This document shows, in pieces, positions 33,119 through 42,325 of a stretch of 64,000 nt of DNA. Each line of letters begins with the position of its first letter. Positions within the stretch are counted from its first letter, which is position 1. This DNA is from Magnetococcales bacterium (GTDB lineage Bacteria; Pseudomonadota; Magnetococcia; Magnetococcales; JADGCL01): contig JADGCL010000005.1 in NCBI GenBank assembly GCA_015229005.1, forward strand, positions 3,324 through 67,323. Reading direction: 5' to 3'. A program made the translations under genes and the position numbers. Below the pieces are notes generated by a model. That model was given only the letters and a program-made list of their open reading frames with translations. It had not been told where the DNA came from and ran no database searches.

Positions 33119-35316
33119 TTGAACTCGGCCAGGTTCTGCTTGAGAAACTCCAGGACTTCGGAGTAGTGAACGGAAAAATTCAATCCCTGGGATCCTGCGT
33201 CGATACGTGCCCAGGTATTCACTCCAACAACTTCTTTCCCGAAAAACAGGGGGCCGCCTGAGTTTCCCGGGCTGATGGGAGTGTCGGTCTGGACATAGAG
33301 GACGGGCTTGCCTCCCTGGGAGGTGACCATCCCGTTCCCGCTCGTCCTTTCCCCTCTGATGTTGATGTTGTCCTGGCGGCGGATGGCGCTGACCACTCCC
33401 CGACTGATGGAGAAGAAGAGCCCCTTGGGGTGGCCGATGGCTTCGACGGTTGTTCCCAGGTCGAGAGAGTTTTTCCGGTAGATGCTCACGGGGGTTCCGC
33501 GATTCTGGGTCTTGACCAGGGCGAGGTCGAGGCGGATGTCTTTGGCGATCACCTTGCCGAAGGTCTCCTGGCCGTCGTAGAGCCGCATCTCGACGAGTTG
33601 GGTATTATCGACCACATGCCAGTTGGTCAGGACGACGTCCGGCAGTACATAGAAACCGGATCCGAGGGATCCCGAGAGCAGGACGGCGACGACGCTGTTG
33701 AAGCGCGAATCGCTCTGGGGTTTGTCGTCGAAGGTTGCCTGCGTGACCTGATGGAGTGCCTGATTGCGGTCGGTGAGGATCTCGCGGCGGAGGGCGTCGA
33801 GGTTCGCCATTTTTTGCCACCCCGAGCGATTCTTCAGGGAGTGGTCGATCAGGGTGCTGAGGGGGACGGAGGCGGGGGCCTCTTCCCAGTCGACCACCGT
33901 CTGTTCGGTATCCTGCGAGGCCAGGATCGTCTCCCGGTCGGGATCGGTCTCGTGGACGTTGTAGGCCACGGCGAAGTTGCGCCGCTCGCTGAGGTCGAAG
34001 GTGGACTTGAAGTAGCTCCCGCGGCGCTTGTCGACGACGTAATAGTGGACCGTCATTGCCTTGGTCCCGATCACTTTTGATATATCATAGGCGTAATTTT
34101 GGAGGACAGGTACTTCTATGGTCATAGGGGTACCGGCGAGGCGGTTCATCGCCATCTGCAGGTTATTTTTCTCGTCAGAAGTTTTCAATCCTCTAAGGAA
34201 GCTGTTGGATGAGACGGTGCTGAAGCAGTTTCCTCCTTGGCATTGGATGACTTGGTTGGTATCGGAGAGGGCGTGGGCCTCCGAGGCCATGAGCTGTGAG
34301 CGGGCGTTGGCGACCTCCTCCTTGGCCACGTCGTACTGCGGGTTGGGTTCGTTCCGGTAACCGACCACCTGCGAGGAGCGGGTCTTCTGCGCCTCGGGGA
34401 TACGGCGGGAGGCTTTGGCGAGGGCCACGTCGAGGATGATCAGATAGTCCGTTCCCAGGGCCACCTCCTGGGTGAGCGCCTGGTCCAGCTCGGCCTTGCT
34501 CGCCTTGACCGGCAGGTCGAGGTCGACGATCACCGGAAATTCGATCTGGCGCTTGTCCAGGAGGGTTCGGCTGGTGGCCTCGACGAAACCGATTGTCATG
34601 CCCGACAATTCCCGCGGTTTGAAGCCTGCCTCTCTGGCTTTCACCATGGCTTCCATTGCTGTCGCCAGTGGGTCTTCTTTGTCGCGGTTTGCCTCCCGGT
34701 GAAGGGCCACGAAGCGATTTCCCAACTGGGTCAGTTCCTCATCGTTGAGAATCTCGGAGTGGAGTTTCCCGAGTTGGAACAGGGTGTCGAGATCGCTCGT
34801 CGCCGCTCGCTTCATGATTTCGGCTGCGGTGGCCTCTTCCTTCGGGCTCCGTACCCGGGGCTCCTCCGGGGTTGCCTCGGTTTCTGCGGGGGAAGATGCC
34901 TCCATGTCCGAGGAAGAGTCGGCGGGGTTCTGTTCTTCTTCCGTCCCGCGGGGGGCTTCTGCCGTCACCGGTCTGGAGGTGTCCGTCGTCAACCTGGTGC
35001 GGGGGGAGGCAAGGCTCTCCTCGGACCGGGAGGGGGGGGCGGTCGTACCCGCCCGCGAGGTAACGGTCACCATTCCCGACCGGGGAGATGAGGTTGTCGC
35101 TCTCGACTGGGGTGACGCGGCCCCCGGACGTTGCGCAACCGAGGCCGTTTTCTGTCCCGGGGGCGTTGTCGGGACGGCGCTGTAGTGATGACCGGTTTTG
35201 CAGGATGCGACCGCCAACCCTGTCAGTATGACCAAAGCCACGACTCCAGCTCCCGGTCCCACGCGGCGAAACCGTGTACCTGAGTCCCTTGTCTGTCCCT
35301 TGCCGACCCGCGTCAT
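33115..35316 (-). CDS. Lipoprotein with C-terminal trypsin-like serine protease domain (start uncertain, 35316 or 35415)
   Basis: LAVASC lipobox, S/T/P/E-rich linker, GSGF, VLTNWHVV, DLAL, GNSGGP; no PDZ domain. Confidence 0.85.
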   Translation of the reverse strand: MTRVGKGQTRDSGTRFRRVGPGAGVVALVILTGLAVASCKTGHHYSAVPTTPPGQKTASVAQRPGAASPQSRATTSSPRSGMVTVTSRAGTTAPPSRSEESLASPRTRLTTDTSRPVTAEAPRGTEEEQNPADSSSDMEASSPAETEATPEEPRVRSPKEEATAAEIMKRAATSDLDTLFQLGKLHSEILNDEELTQLGNRFVALHREANRDKEDPLATAMEAMVKAREAGFKPRELSGMTIGFVEATSRTLLDKRQIEFPVIVDLDLPVKASKAELDQALTQEVALGTDYLIILDVALAKASRRIPEAQKTRSSQVVGYRNEPNPQYDVAKEEVANARSQLMASEAHALSDTNQVIQCQGGNCFSTVSSNSFLRGLKTSDEKNNLQMAMNRLAGTPMTIEVPVLQNYAYDISKVIGTKAMTVHYYVVDKRRGSYFKSTFDLSERRNFAVAYNVHETDPDRETILASQDTEQTVVDWEEAPASVPLSTLIDHSLKNRSGWQKMANLDALRREILTDRNQALHQVTQATFDDKPQSDSRFNSVVAVLLSGSLGSGFYVLPDVVLTNWHVVDNTQLVEMRLYDGQETFGKVIAKDIRLDLALVKTQNRGTPVSIYRKNSLDLGTTVEAIGHPKGLFFSISRGVVSAIRRQDNINIRGERTSGNGMVTSQGGKPVLYVQTDTPISPGNSGGPLFFGKEVVGVNTWARIDAGSQGLNFSVHYSEVLEFLKQNLAEFK

Positions 35317-35740
35317 GTTCGAAGTCACCCTTGCCGAAGGTTCTCCCGGAGGCCCGCAAGCGCACCTTGGGATTGATTTCTCTTGATTTTTAGAATTCCC
35401 CACAGCAGCCGGCATACCTATAACCTATATAAAAAAAAATTTCAATCCGTTCTTGCCGACAACATCTCCGAAAATTCGCCACCGGCATCCATGCGGGTCC
35501 TAATATTTGGGCGGATATATAGGATTTCCCGGAACATCTCTCGGGAACTGTTTTCCCTTTGTTTCCGGTCGGCCGTTGCGAATACTGGAATCCGACCGGG
35601 GGGGCGCTGCTCCTCTCTTCTCCTCCGCCTCCCTTCTTCCCCCCTCTTCCCTCCTCTCCTCCCCCTCCGAAGGGGACTTTTCGCGATCCGGTGTCGTGCC
35701 GGCGAGTTGATCGCTTATCCCGGGCAGTCAATGGCCGATA

Positions 35741-35843
35741 CATTAGGGGCGCCATTGATCGTGGGGCTGGGGGTTCGCGATGACCGTCTCGTATTGGGGG
35801 CGCCATTGATTGGGGGGGCGGGGTGTTTGCGATGACCGCCTTG
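35741..35843. repeat. ~51-bp imperfect tandem duplication upstream of tolC
   Basis: Two units of ATTRGGGGCGCCATTGAT...GTTYGCGATGACCG. Confidence 0.8.
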
Positions 35844-35864
35844 TCCGGGGCGGGGAGGATGACG

Positions 35865-37421
35865 ATGAAGGCGATCTTCCGGAAGGAAAGGGTCCGATGC
35901 CTCCTGTGGCTCACGGTTCTCTCGCTGGGCCTCGGGGGATGTGTGGTGACCCCGGAACCTCTGTCCATTACGGACCATGCCCGCCGGGCCACCGCCGACA
36001 CCCGGCGCATTTCCGCCCAGAATGCGCCGGTGACCGGTGCCATCACCCTGGCCGAGGCGATGGCCCGGGCGATCCGTTTCAACTTGGACCACCGGCTGAA
36101 GCAAATGGAGGAGGCGCTGGCCTTGGGCGAGGGGAACCTGGCCAGTCACAAGTTATTGCCGGCCCTGTCGATGCAGGCGGGCTATACGGTTCGGAGCAAT
36201 GCCAACGGCGCCACCAGCGAATCCCTGATCAGCGGCGCCCAGTCCCTCGAGGCCTCCACCTCCTCGGAGCGGGCCAGTCTGACCGCCGATCTTGCCCTTT
36301 CCTGGAATGTCCTCGACTTTGGCCTGAGCTATCTTCGCGCCAAGGATCAGGCCGACCGCTATCTGATCGCCGGCGAGCAGCGGCGCAAGGTGATCCACAA
36401 CATCATCCAGGAGGTACGGCAGGCATTTTGGCGGGCGCTGGTGGCGCAGGAACTTCTGCCGCGCATCGAGGCGTTCCTGGTCGAGGCACGCTCCGCCCTG
36501 AATGATGCCCGGAAGGCAGAGGAGAGGCTCCTCATCCCGCCGCTGGAGGCCTTGAAATACCAGATGACTCTTCTTGAGACCATCTACCAGATCACCGCCC
36601 TCGAACGTGATCTCGGGGTGGCGCGGACGCAACTGGCGGCGCTCATGAATCTCGACTTGAAGGGTGATTTCGTCCTGGTCAGGCCGGTCATGTCCGATCC
36701 GGACCTGCCTCGGGTCACCAACGATCTGGCCCTGCTCGAACAGATGGCCCTGGTCTTCCGCCCCGAACTCCGGGAAGAGGATTACCAGACCCGGATAACC
36801 GCCCGCGAGGCGCAAAGCGCCCTCCTCGAACTCCTGCCCGGGCTCCGCCTCGACCTGAGACGCAGTTATGACGGTAACCGCCACCTCTTCAACCGCAACT
36901 GGGCCCAGGGAGGAATCGAGTTGACCTGGCATCTCCTTCAGGCCGTCAGTGCCGGCGATGCCCTCGATGTCGCTGCCGGTCGGGGGGCCGTCGCCGAGAC
37001 CCGCCGCCTCTCCCTGGGGATGGCCATCCTGACTCAGGTTCACGTGGCCAGGCAGCGCTATCAGCAATCGCTGGAGGAGTTCGAGTTGGTACGGGAAATG
37101 AGCGATGCCGCCGACCGCATCCAGGGGCAGACCGCACAGGGGCAGGCGCGGCAAGCCACCAACGAACTGGAACTCATCCAGGCGCAGGCGCGGGCCATCT
37201 ATCGCCAGTTGCAACGGGGGCTGGCCTATGCCGAGTTGCGTAATGCCGCCGGTCGCCTGCTTCTGTCGGTCGGTGTCGACCCCCTCCCCCCGGGGGTGGA
37301 GACGAACGATCTGGCCGGCCTCGTTCATGCCCTCGACACCTCCCTGGAGCGTTCCCGGACGGGGGAATTGGAGTGGGGGGCGCCGCTGGCGGATATTCCC
37401 GTTGCGGGTGGGGCATCATGA
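35865..37421 (+). CDS. TolC-family outer membrane lipoprotein
   Basis: LGGC lipobox, AMARAIRFNLD, SWNVLDFGLSY, RPELREEDY. Confidence 0.88.
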   Translation: MKAIFRKERVRCLLWLTVLSLGLGGCVVTPEPLSITDHARRATADTRRISAQNAPVTGAITLAEAMARAIRFNLDHRLKQMEEALALGEGNLASHKLLPALSMQAGYTVRSNANGATSESLISGAQSLEASTSSERASLTADLALSWNVLDFGLSYLRAKDQADRYLIAGEQRRKVIHNIIQEVRQAFWRALVAQELLPRIEAFLVEARSALNDARKAEERLLIPPLEALKYQMTLLETIYQITALERDLGVARTQLAALMNLDLKGDFVLVRPVMSDPDLPRVTNDLALLEQMALVFRPELREEDYQTRITAREAQSALLELLPGLRLDLRRSYDGNRHLFNRNWAQGGIELTWHLLQAVSAGDALDVAAGRGAVAETRRLSLGMAILTQVHVARQRYQQSLEEFELVREMSDAADRIQGQTAQGQARQATNELELIQAQARAIYRQLQRGLAYAELRNAAGRLLLSVGVDPLPPGVETNDLAGLVHALDTSLERSRTGELEWGAPLADIPVAGGAS

Positions 37422-38428
37422 TTCGGGGGGCCTCTTTCCCGGCGTCCGGCTCGGCTGTCCCCGGTCTCATTCCGGGCCGTTCGTTCGGGGTGGTTTTGGG
37501 TTTGTCGTTTCTGATGGCCTTCAACTTCCCCGGATTGGCTGTCGGCGATCCCCAGGGGGGGAAAGCTTCGGTGATGCCTGGGGGTGCGATATCGGTCGGG
37601 AAAGCTTCGGTGACGCCTGGGGGTGCGATGTCGGTCGGGGGTGTTTCGGTGATGCCTGCGGGCGTGCCGCCGGCGTTGGGGCCTCTGGTAACGGCGCCCG
37701 GGCTTTCCCCTTCGTCACCCCCTATGTCGCCGAACCTGACCGGTCTCTCCCCGGGGGGGGAGGCCATTCCCCGAGGACTGGTGACTCCCGCCCAGGAGGC
37801 CCTTCTTTCCAGTCGGATCGCGGGTCAGATCCAGAAGATTCACTTTCGCGAGGGGGATCACTTCAAGAGCGGCGAGCCCCTGGTGCGCTTTCACTGCCCG
37901 GTGGAGAAGGCTGCCCTCAACAAGGCGCGTGCCGCCCTTCGGGCCGCCGACAAGAAGCTGGCGATCAACCGCGAATTGATCGGTGTACGTTCCGCCAGCC
38001 GTCTGGAGGTGGAAATGGCCGAGGCCGACCGGCTCCAGGCCGAGGCCGAGGTGGCCATGCAGTCGGCCACCGTCGATATGTGTACCATCCTTGCCCCGTT
38101 CGATGGCTGGGTGGCGGCCCTGCGGGTTCACCCTTACGAGAGTGTCGCGCAGGGGACGCCCCTGGTGGAGATCATCGGTGAGGGGGTTCTGGAGGTGGAG
38201 GTCATCATTCCCTCGGAGCGGATTCATGATGTCCGGGTGGGGACCCCTCTGAGCCTCAAGGTTCAGGAGACCGGCAAGAGCTATCCCGCCCGGGTGGTGC
38301 GGATGGAGGGGCGGATCGATCCGGTGAGCCAGACCGTTCGCTTGACAGGACGGTTCACCGAGGTTCACCCCGATCTTCTGCCCGGGATGAGCGGTGTGGC
38401 CGAACTCGACAGGCCTCTTCCCCCGTGA
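37418..38428 (+). CDS. HlyD/RND periplasmic adaptor subunit
   Basis: LSSRIAG lipoyl-like half motif, ILAPFDG, RIDPVSQT, LLPGMSG. Confidence 0.88.
   Translation: MIRGASFPASGSAVPGLIPGRSFGVVLGLSFLMAFNFPGLAVGDPQGGKASVMPGGAISVGKASVTPGGAMSVGGVSVMPAGVPPALGPLVTAPGLSPSSPPMSPNLTGLSPGGEAIPRGLVTPAQEALLSSRIAGQIQKIHFREGDHFKSGEPLVRFHCPVEKAALNKARAALRAADKKLAINRELIGVRSASRLEVEMAEADRLQAEAEVAMQSATVDMCTILAPFDGWVAALRVHPYESVAQGTPLVEIIGEGVLEVEVIIPSERIHDVRVGTPLSLKVQETGKSYPARVVRMEGRIDPVSQTVRLTGRFTEVHPDLLPGMSGVAELDRPLPP
37559..37658 (+). repeat. In-frame 39-bp repeat, about 2.5 units (GKASVMPGGAISV)
   Basis: GGGAAAGCTTCGGTGAYGCCTGGGGGTGCGATRTCGGTC twice plus a partial copy. Confidence 0.85.
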
Positions 38429-39831
38429 GCGGTAGCGGGGATCTTGGCCGGCAGGTGGCTGGGCTGGCCACCCTGGTGACCCTGGAGAGGGAGGCGCGGC
38501 ACGCCGGTTCTCTGGAGCTTCTGGGATTCATCATCGTCAACGAGAGTCTGCGTCTCTTTCCCTATACCCAGTCCCTCTTCTGGCATCGCCCGCGGCGGGG
38601 CCACTTTCCGCTTCAGACCATCTCCGGGGTCGACCGGTTCGACCCGGATGCTCCCCAGGTCGTCTGGATGGGGCGGGCCGTCCGAGCCATTGCCGCCGGG
38701 GAGGAGGCGAGTCCCCCGGTGTCGCCGCCGGATTCTGCTGCCGGTTCGCCGGAGGGCACGGTGGCGCGGGTGGTGGGGGAAGGGGATCTGCCGCCTGCCT
38801 TGGGGCGGGAGTGGCGTGAATGGTGTCCTCCCTGGGGGCTCTGGTCGCCTCTCCGCGATCCTCTGAGCGGGGAGCTGTTGGGCGGGGTCTGGTATTTTCG
38901 CGACACCCCCTGGGAGGAGGGGGAGCGGCTCCTTGCCGGGCACCTGGGAGACGCCTATGCCCAGTCCCTGGCGTTGCTCCGGCGACGGCGCCACTCTCCG
39001 ATCGGTCGTTTCCATCTCTCGGCGGTGGTGGGGTGGATGCTTTTTCTGGGGTTGGTGGCGGTGGCGGGGGTGCAGAGGGTTCCCTTGTCTGCCCTGGCGC
39101 CGGCCACCATCGTTGCCAGGGATCCGACCCTGGTCACGGCCCCGGTGGATGGTGTTGTGGCCCATTTCCCGGTGCGACCGAATCAGTCGGTCGAGGCGGG
39201 AGAGCTGCTGTTTGCCCTGGATCCGACCACGGTGGCCCATCGCCTGGAGGTGGCCAGGGGGGAACTCTCTTTGGCGGAGGCGGAGTACTTTCGTCTTCGC
39301 CAGCAGGCCTTTCTCGATCGCGAGGACGGGGCCAGGCTCAAGGCCCTTGAGGCGGAACGGCAGAAGGCTGCCACGGAGGTCGCCTATGCCACCGAGCTTC
39401 TGGATCGTCTGGAGGTGAGGGCGCCGAGGGCGGGGGTCGCCATCTTCAGTGATGCCAACGACTGGTTGGGGCGACCGGTCCGCGTCGGCGAGCGGATCCT
39501 GGCCATTGCCGATCCCGGGGCGGTGGAGGTGGAGATCGAGCTGGCGACGGTCGATGCCATTACCCTGGAGCCGGGAGCGGCGGTCCGTCTCTTTCTCCAT
39601 ACCGATCCCTTGAGGCCGCTCGCCGCCACTCTGCGTCAGGCCGATCACGAAGCCGGGAACGCCGCCGACGGAACCCTGGCTTTCCGTCTCAAGGCCACCC
39701 TGGAGGGGGGGGGGAGACCGCCCCGTCTGGGGCTCCAGGGAACGGCCAAGCTGTACGGTGAGGAGGTATCACTGGCCTACTATCTCCTGAGGCGTCCGAT
39801 GGCGGCGTGGAATCGGTGGAGCGGCTGGTGA
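38425..39831 (+). CDS. HlyD-family adaptor with N-terminal GAF-like domain
   Basis: FIIVNES...ISGV N-domain, TM, APVDGVV, VRAPRAG, RLGLQGTAKLYG. Confidence 0.82.
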   Translation: MSGSGDLGRQVAGLATLVTLEREARHAGSLELLGFIIVNESLRLFPYTQSLFWHRPRRGHFPLQTISGVDRFDPDAPQVVWMGRAVRAIAAGEEASPPVSPPDSAAGSPEGTVARVVGEGDLPPALGREWREWCPPWGLWSPLRDPLSGELLGGVWYFRDTPWEEGERLLAGHLGDAYAQSLALLRRRRHSPIGRFHLSAVVGWMLFLGLVAVAGVQRVPLSALAPATIVARDPTLVTAPVDGVVAHFPVRPNQSVEAGELLFALDPTTVAHRLEVARGELSLAEAEYFRLRQQAFLDREDGARLKALEAERQKAATEVAYATELLDRLEVRAPRAGVAIFSDANDWLGRPVRVGERILAIADPGAVEVEIELATVDAITLEPGAAVRLFLHTDPLRPLAATLRQADHEAGNAADGTLAFRLKATLEGGGRPPRLGLQGTAKLYGEEVSLAYYLLRRPMAAWNRWSGW

Positions 39832-41954
39832 GGTTGCCGCCTCTGCGCGAGGATCTCGATCTTCTCCCCGGGGGGCGGGAGCGGGGGGGGAGTCCGGTCT
39901 GGATTCTCCATGATCGCCCGCGCAATCGCTTTTTCCGCCTTGGGTGGGCGGAATCGGTCCTGCTCCGGCTGTGGTCGCGGGCGGGTGACGCGGCGACTTT
40001 GGTGGCTCTGGTCGGTTCTGAGACGACGCTTCGACTGGATGCCGCTGCGGTGATGCGGCTCCTGGCTTTTCTCCAGGCCAATCAGCTCCTTCGCCCGGAG
40101 GGGGAAGCGGGCATCGGGGAACTGGCCCGTCGTGCCGAACGTGCCCGCGGGCGATGGTGGAGCTGGCTGTTGCACCACTATCTTTTTTTCCGCCTGCCGC
40201 TCGTCCGCCCCGATGCCTTTCTGGGGGCGACCCTCCCTTGGGTGGAAGGGTTCTTTCGCCCGGGTTTTCTTGTCCTGATTTTGGCGGCGGCGATCCTGGG
40301 ACTCCACCTCATCGTCCGCCAGTGGGATCTATTCTGGAATGGTTTCCCCTATTTTTTCACTGGCGCCGGAGTGGCCACCTTCGCGGTTGCCATCGTTCTG
40401 TCGAAGGTGATCCACGAGTTGGGGCACGCCTACGCCGCCAAGCGTCATGGCCTGCGGGTGCCGACGATGGGGGTTGCCTTCCTCGTTGCCTGGCCGGTGC
40501 TGTTCACCGATACGGGGGAGGCCTGGAAATTGACCCGGCCCCGGGCACGCATGCGGATCGCCGCGGCGGGGGTGGTGGCCGAGTTGGGGTTGGCGACCTT
40601 TGCCTCCATTGCCTGGAATTTTCCCGATCCGGGCCCCCTCAAGAGCGCCCTGTTCACTCTGGCTGCGGTCACCTGGGTCACCACCCTGGGGATCAATCTC
40701 AATCCCTTCATGCGTTACGACGGTTATTATCTTCTGGCCGACTGGTTGGAGATTCCCAATCTCCAGGATCGCTCGTTTGCGCTGGGTCGATGGCAGTTGC
40801 GGCGCCTGCTGCTGGGTTGGCGGGAGCCTCCCCCGGAGAACTGGTCTGGTCGCCTCCAGCTGTTCCTGGTCCTTTTTGCCTGGGTGACCTGGAGCTACCG
40901 GTTTCTCCTGTTTTTGGGCATCGCCCTGCTGGTGTACCACCTCTTTGCCAAGCCGCTCGGGATTTTTCTGATGGCGATCGAGATCATCTGGTTTCTGTTC
41001 CTGCCCGTGGTGCGGGAACTCCGGGTATGGGTGACCACCCCCGGGGTCTCTTCGCCGGGATCGGTTCTTCTCCTGGCGCTTTTGTCGCTCCTGGGGCTGG
41101 CCCTTCTCTGCACCCCCGGGGAGGGGCGTGTGGAGATCCCGGCACTCCTCAAGGTCGCCGCCCACACCCAGGTCTTTCCGCCGGCGAGTGGCCGAATGGC
41201 CCAGGTGGGTGTGGTTCACGGGCAAAGGGTGGCCCGGGGGGATCCGCTGTTCACCCTGGTCTCTCCCGACCTTGAGGCGGAGGTCCGGCAAAATCGGATG
41301 GATATCGCCGCCCTCGGCTGGCGTCAGGAGGCGCTTGGGCTTGACCGGGAGTTGCGATCCCAGCGGCTTTCCCTGATCGAACGCCTTGCCACTGCGCGGA
41401 GTCGCAGCCAGGGTCTCGAAGCACTTCTCCGGCAGTTGACCATCACTGCGCCACTGGATGGGATCGTGACCGCGATCGGCGATGGTCTGACCCCGGGTCG
41501 TTGGGTCGGCGTGGAGACCGCTCTGGTCACCATCCATGATCCGGCGGCGGTGGTGCTTCTCGCCTACATTTCCGAACGGGAGGTGGCCGATCTGCTCGAT
41601 TCGGAAGGGGGGGCTGGGCGGCACTTCCGGACCGCACGGTTTTATCCCTCCGAACCGGAGCGCTCTTCCATCCCGGTCGAATATGTCGCGAGCGATGATG
41701 CCGCAATGGCCCTTCTCGATCAGCCAATGCTGGCCTCGTTTCATGGGGGGCCGCTGGCGGCGAGGAAAGACTCTCAGGGGCGTGCCGTTCTCGATCAGGC
41801 CATTTATCGACTCCATTTTGTTCCTTCGGTCGCGGTCGCCTCACTCGCGCATCCGATCCCGGGGAGTCTCGTCTGGCCGGTGTGGAGGCCTGCGCCCGTC
41901 GTTCGCCTGGCCATCGCCGTGGCGGCTCTCTTCATCCGTGAGAGTGGGTTTTGA
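39828..41954 (+). CDS. M50 site-2 metalloprotease fused to a HlyD-like domain
   Basis: LPPLREDL, HELGH, NLNPFMRYDGYY, multiple TMs, C-terminal adaptor ending RESGF. Confidence 0.88.
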   Translation: MRLPPLREDLDLLPGGRERGGSPVWILHDRPRNRFFRLGWAESVLLRLWSRAGDAATLVALVGSETTLRLDAAAVMRLLAFLQANQLLRPEGEAGIGELARRAERARGRWWSWLLHHYLFFRLPLVRPDAFLGATLPWVEGFFRPGFLVLILAAAILGLHLIVRQWDLFWNGFPYFFTGAGVATFAVAIVLSKVIHELGHAYAAKRHGLRVPTMGVAFLVAWPVLFTDTGEAWKLTRPRARMRIAAAGVVAELGLATFASIAWNFPDPGPLKSALFTLAAVTWVTTLGINLNPFMRYDGYYLLADWLEIPNLQDRSFALGRWQLRRLLLGWREPPPENWSGRLQLFLVLFAWVTWSYRFLLFLGIALLVYHLFAKPLGIFLMAIEIIWFLFLPVVRELRVWVTTPGVSSPGSVLLLALLSLLGLALLCTPGEGRVEIPALLKVAAHTQVFPPASGRMAQVGVVHGQRVARGDPLFTLVSPDLEAEVRQNRMDIAALGWRQEALGLDRELRSQRLSLIERLATARSRSQGLEALLRQLTITAPLDGIVTAIGDGLTPGRWVGVETALVTIHDPAAVVLLAYISEREVADLLDSEGGAGRHFRTARFYPSEPERSSIPVEYVASDDAAMALLDQPMLASFHGGPLAARKDSQGRAVLDQAIYRLHFVPSVAVASLAHPIPGSLVWPVWRPAPVVRLAIAVAALFIRESGF

Positions 41955-42039
41955 TTCACTCCGTGGCCGATAAGCGTCTTCTGTCGCATTCCTGCGCCGC
42001 AGAGCCTGTTGCATTCCGCGACAGGCTCTGTCATCAGTC

Positions 42040-42325
42040 CGAAATCCGGGGGAAGCTCTACGGGGCGTTGATGAACGCGGAAGAGACACGGTGGGCGATG
42101 GAGTTGACGGGTTGTTTTGTTGTGGTCACCGCCTTCAAGGGCGTCTATCATGCGACCGCGTATCAGCGCCCGGGGCATGAATCCCGCCCGGACGGACGAC
42201 CGAACAACTCCTCCATCGAGACCAGGATGTCGGTGGGCGATCTTCGGGGGTGCCTCTCCATGAGTCACCTTCCGGAAGACCCGTTGGCGGAGACGACCGG
42301 CTTTGAAAGGACGAAAACGCCATGA
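42040..42325 (+). pseudogene. C-terminal remnant of a PseB/CapD-like UDP-sugar dehydratase
   Basis: GKLYGALMNAEETRWAMEL..FVV..AF resembles the PGEKLYEELM..EETRR tail; no N-terminal Rossmann part; ATGA overlap with sqdB retained. Confidence 0.55.

Noticed and set aside
33115-35316. Magnetosome protease MamE/MamO
   Set aside because: No PDZ, no CxxCH magnetochrome motif, no TauE-like domain and no mam neighbours
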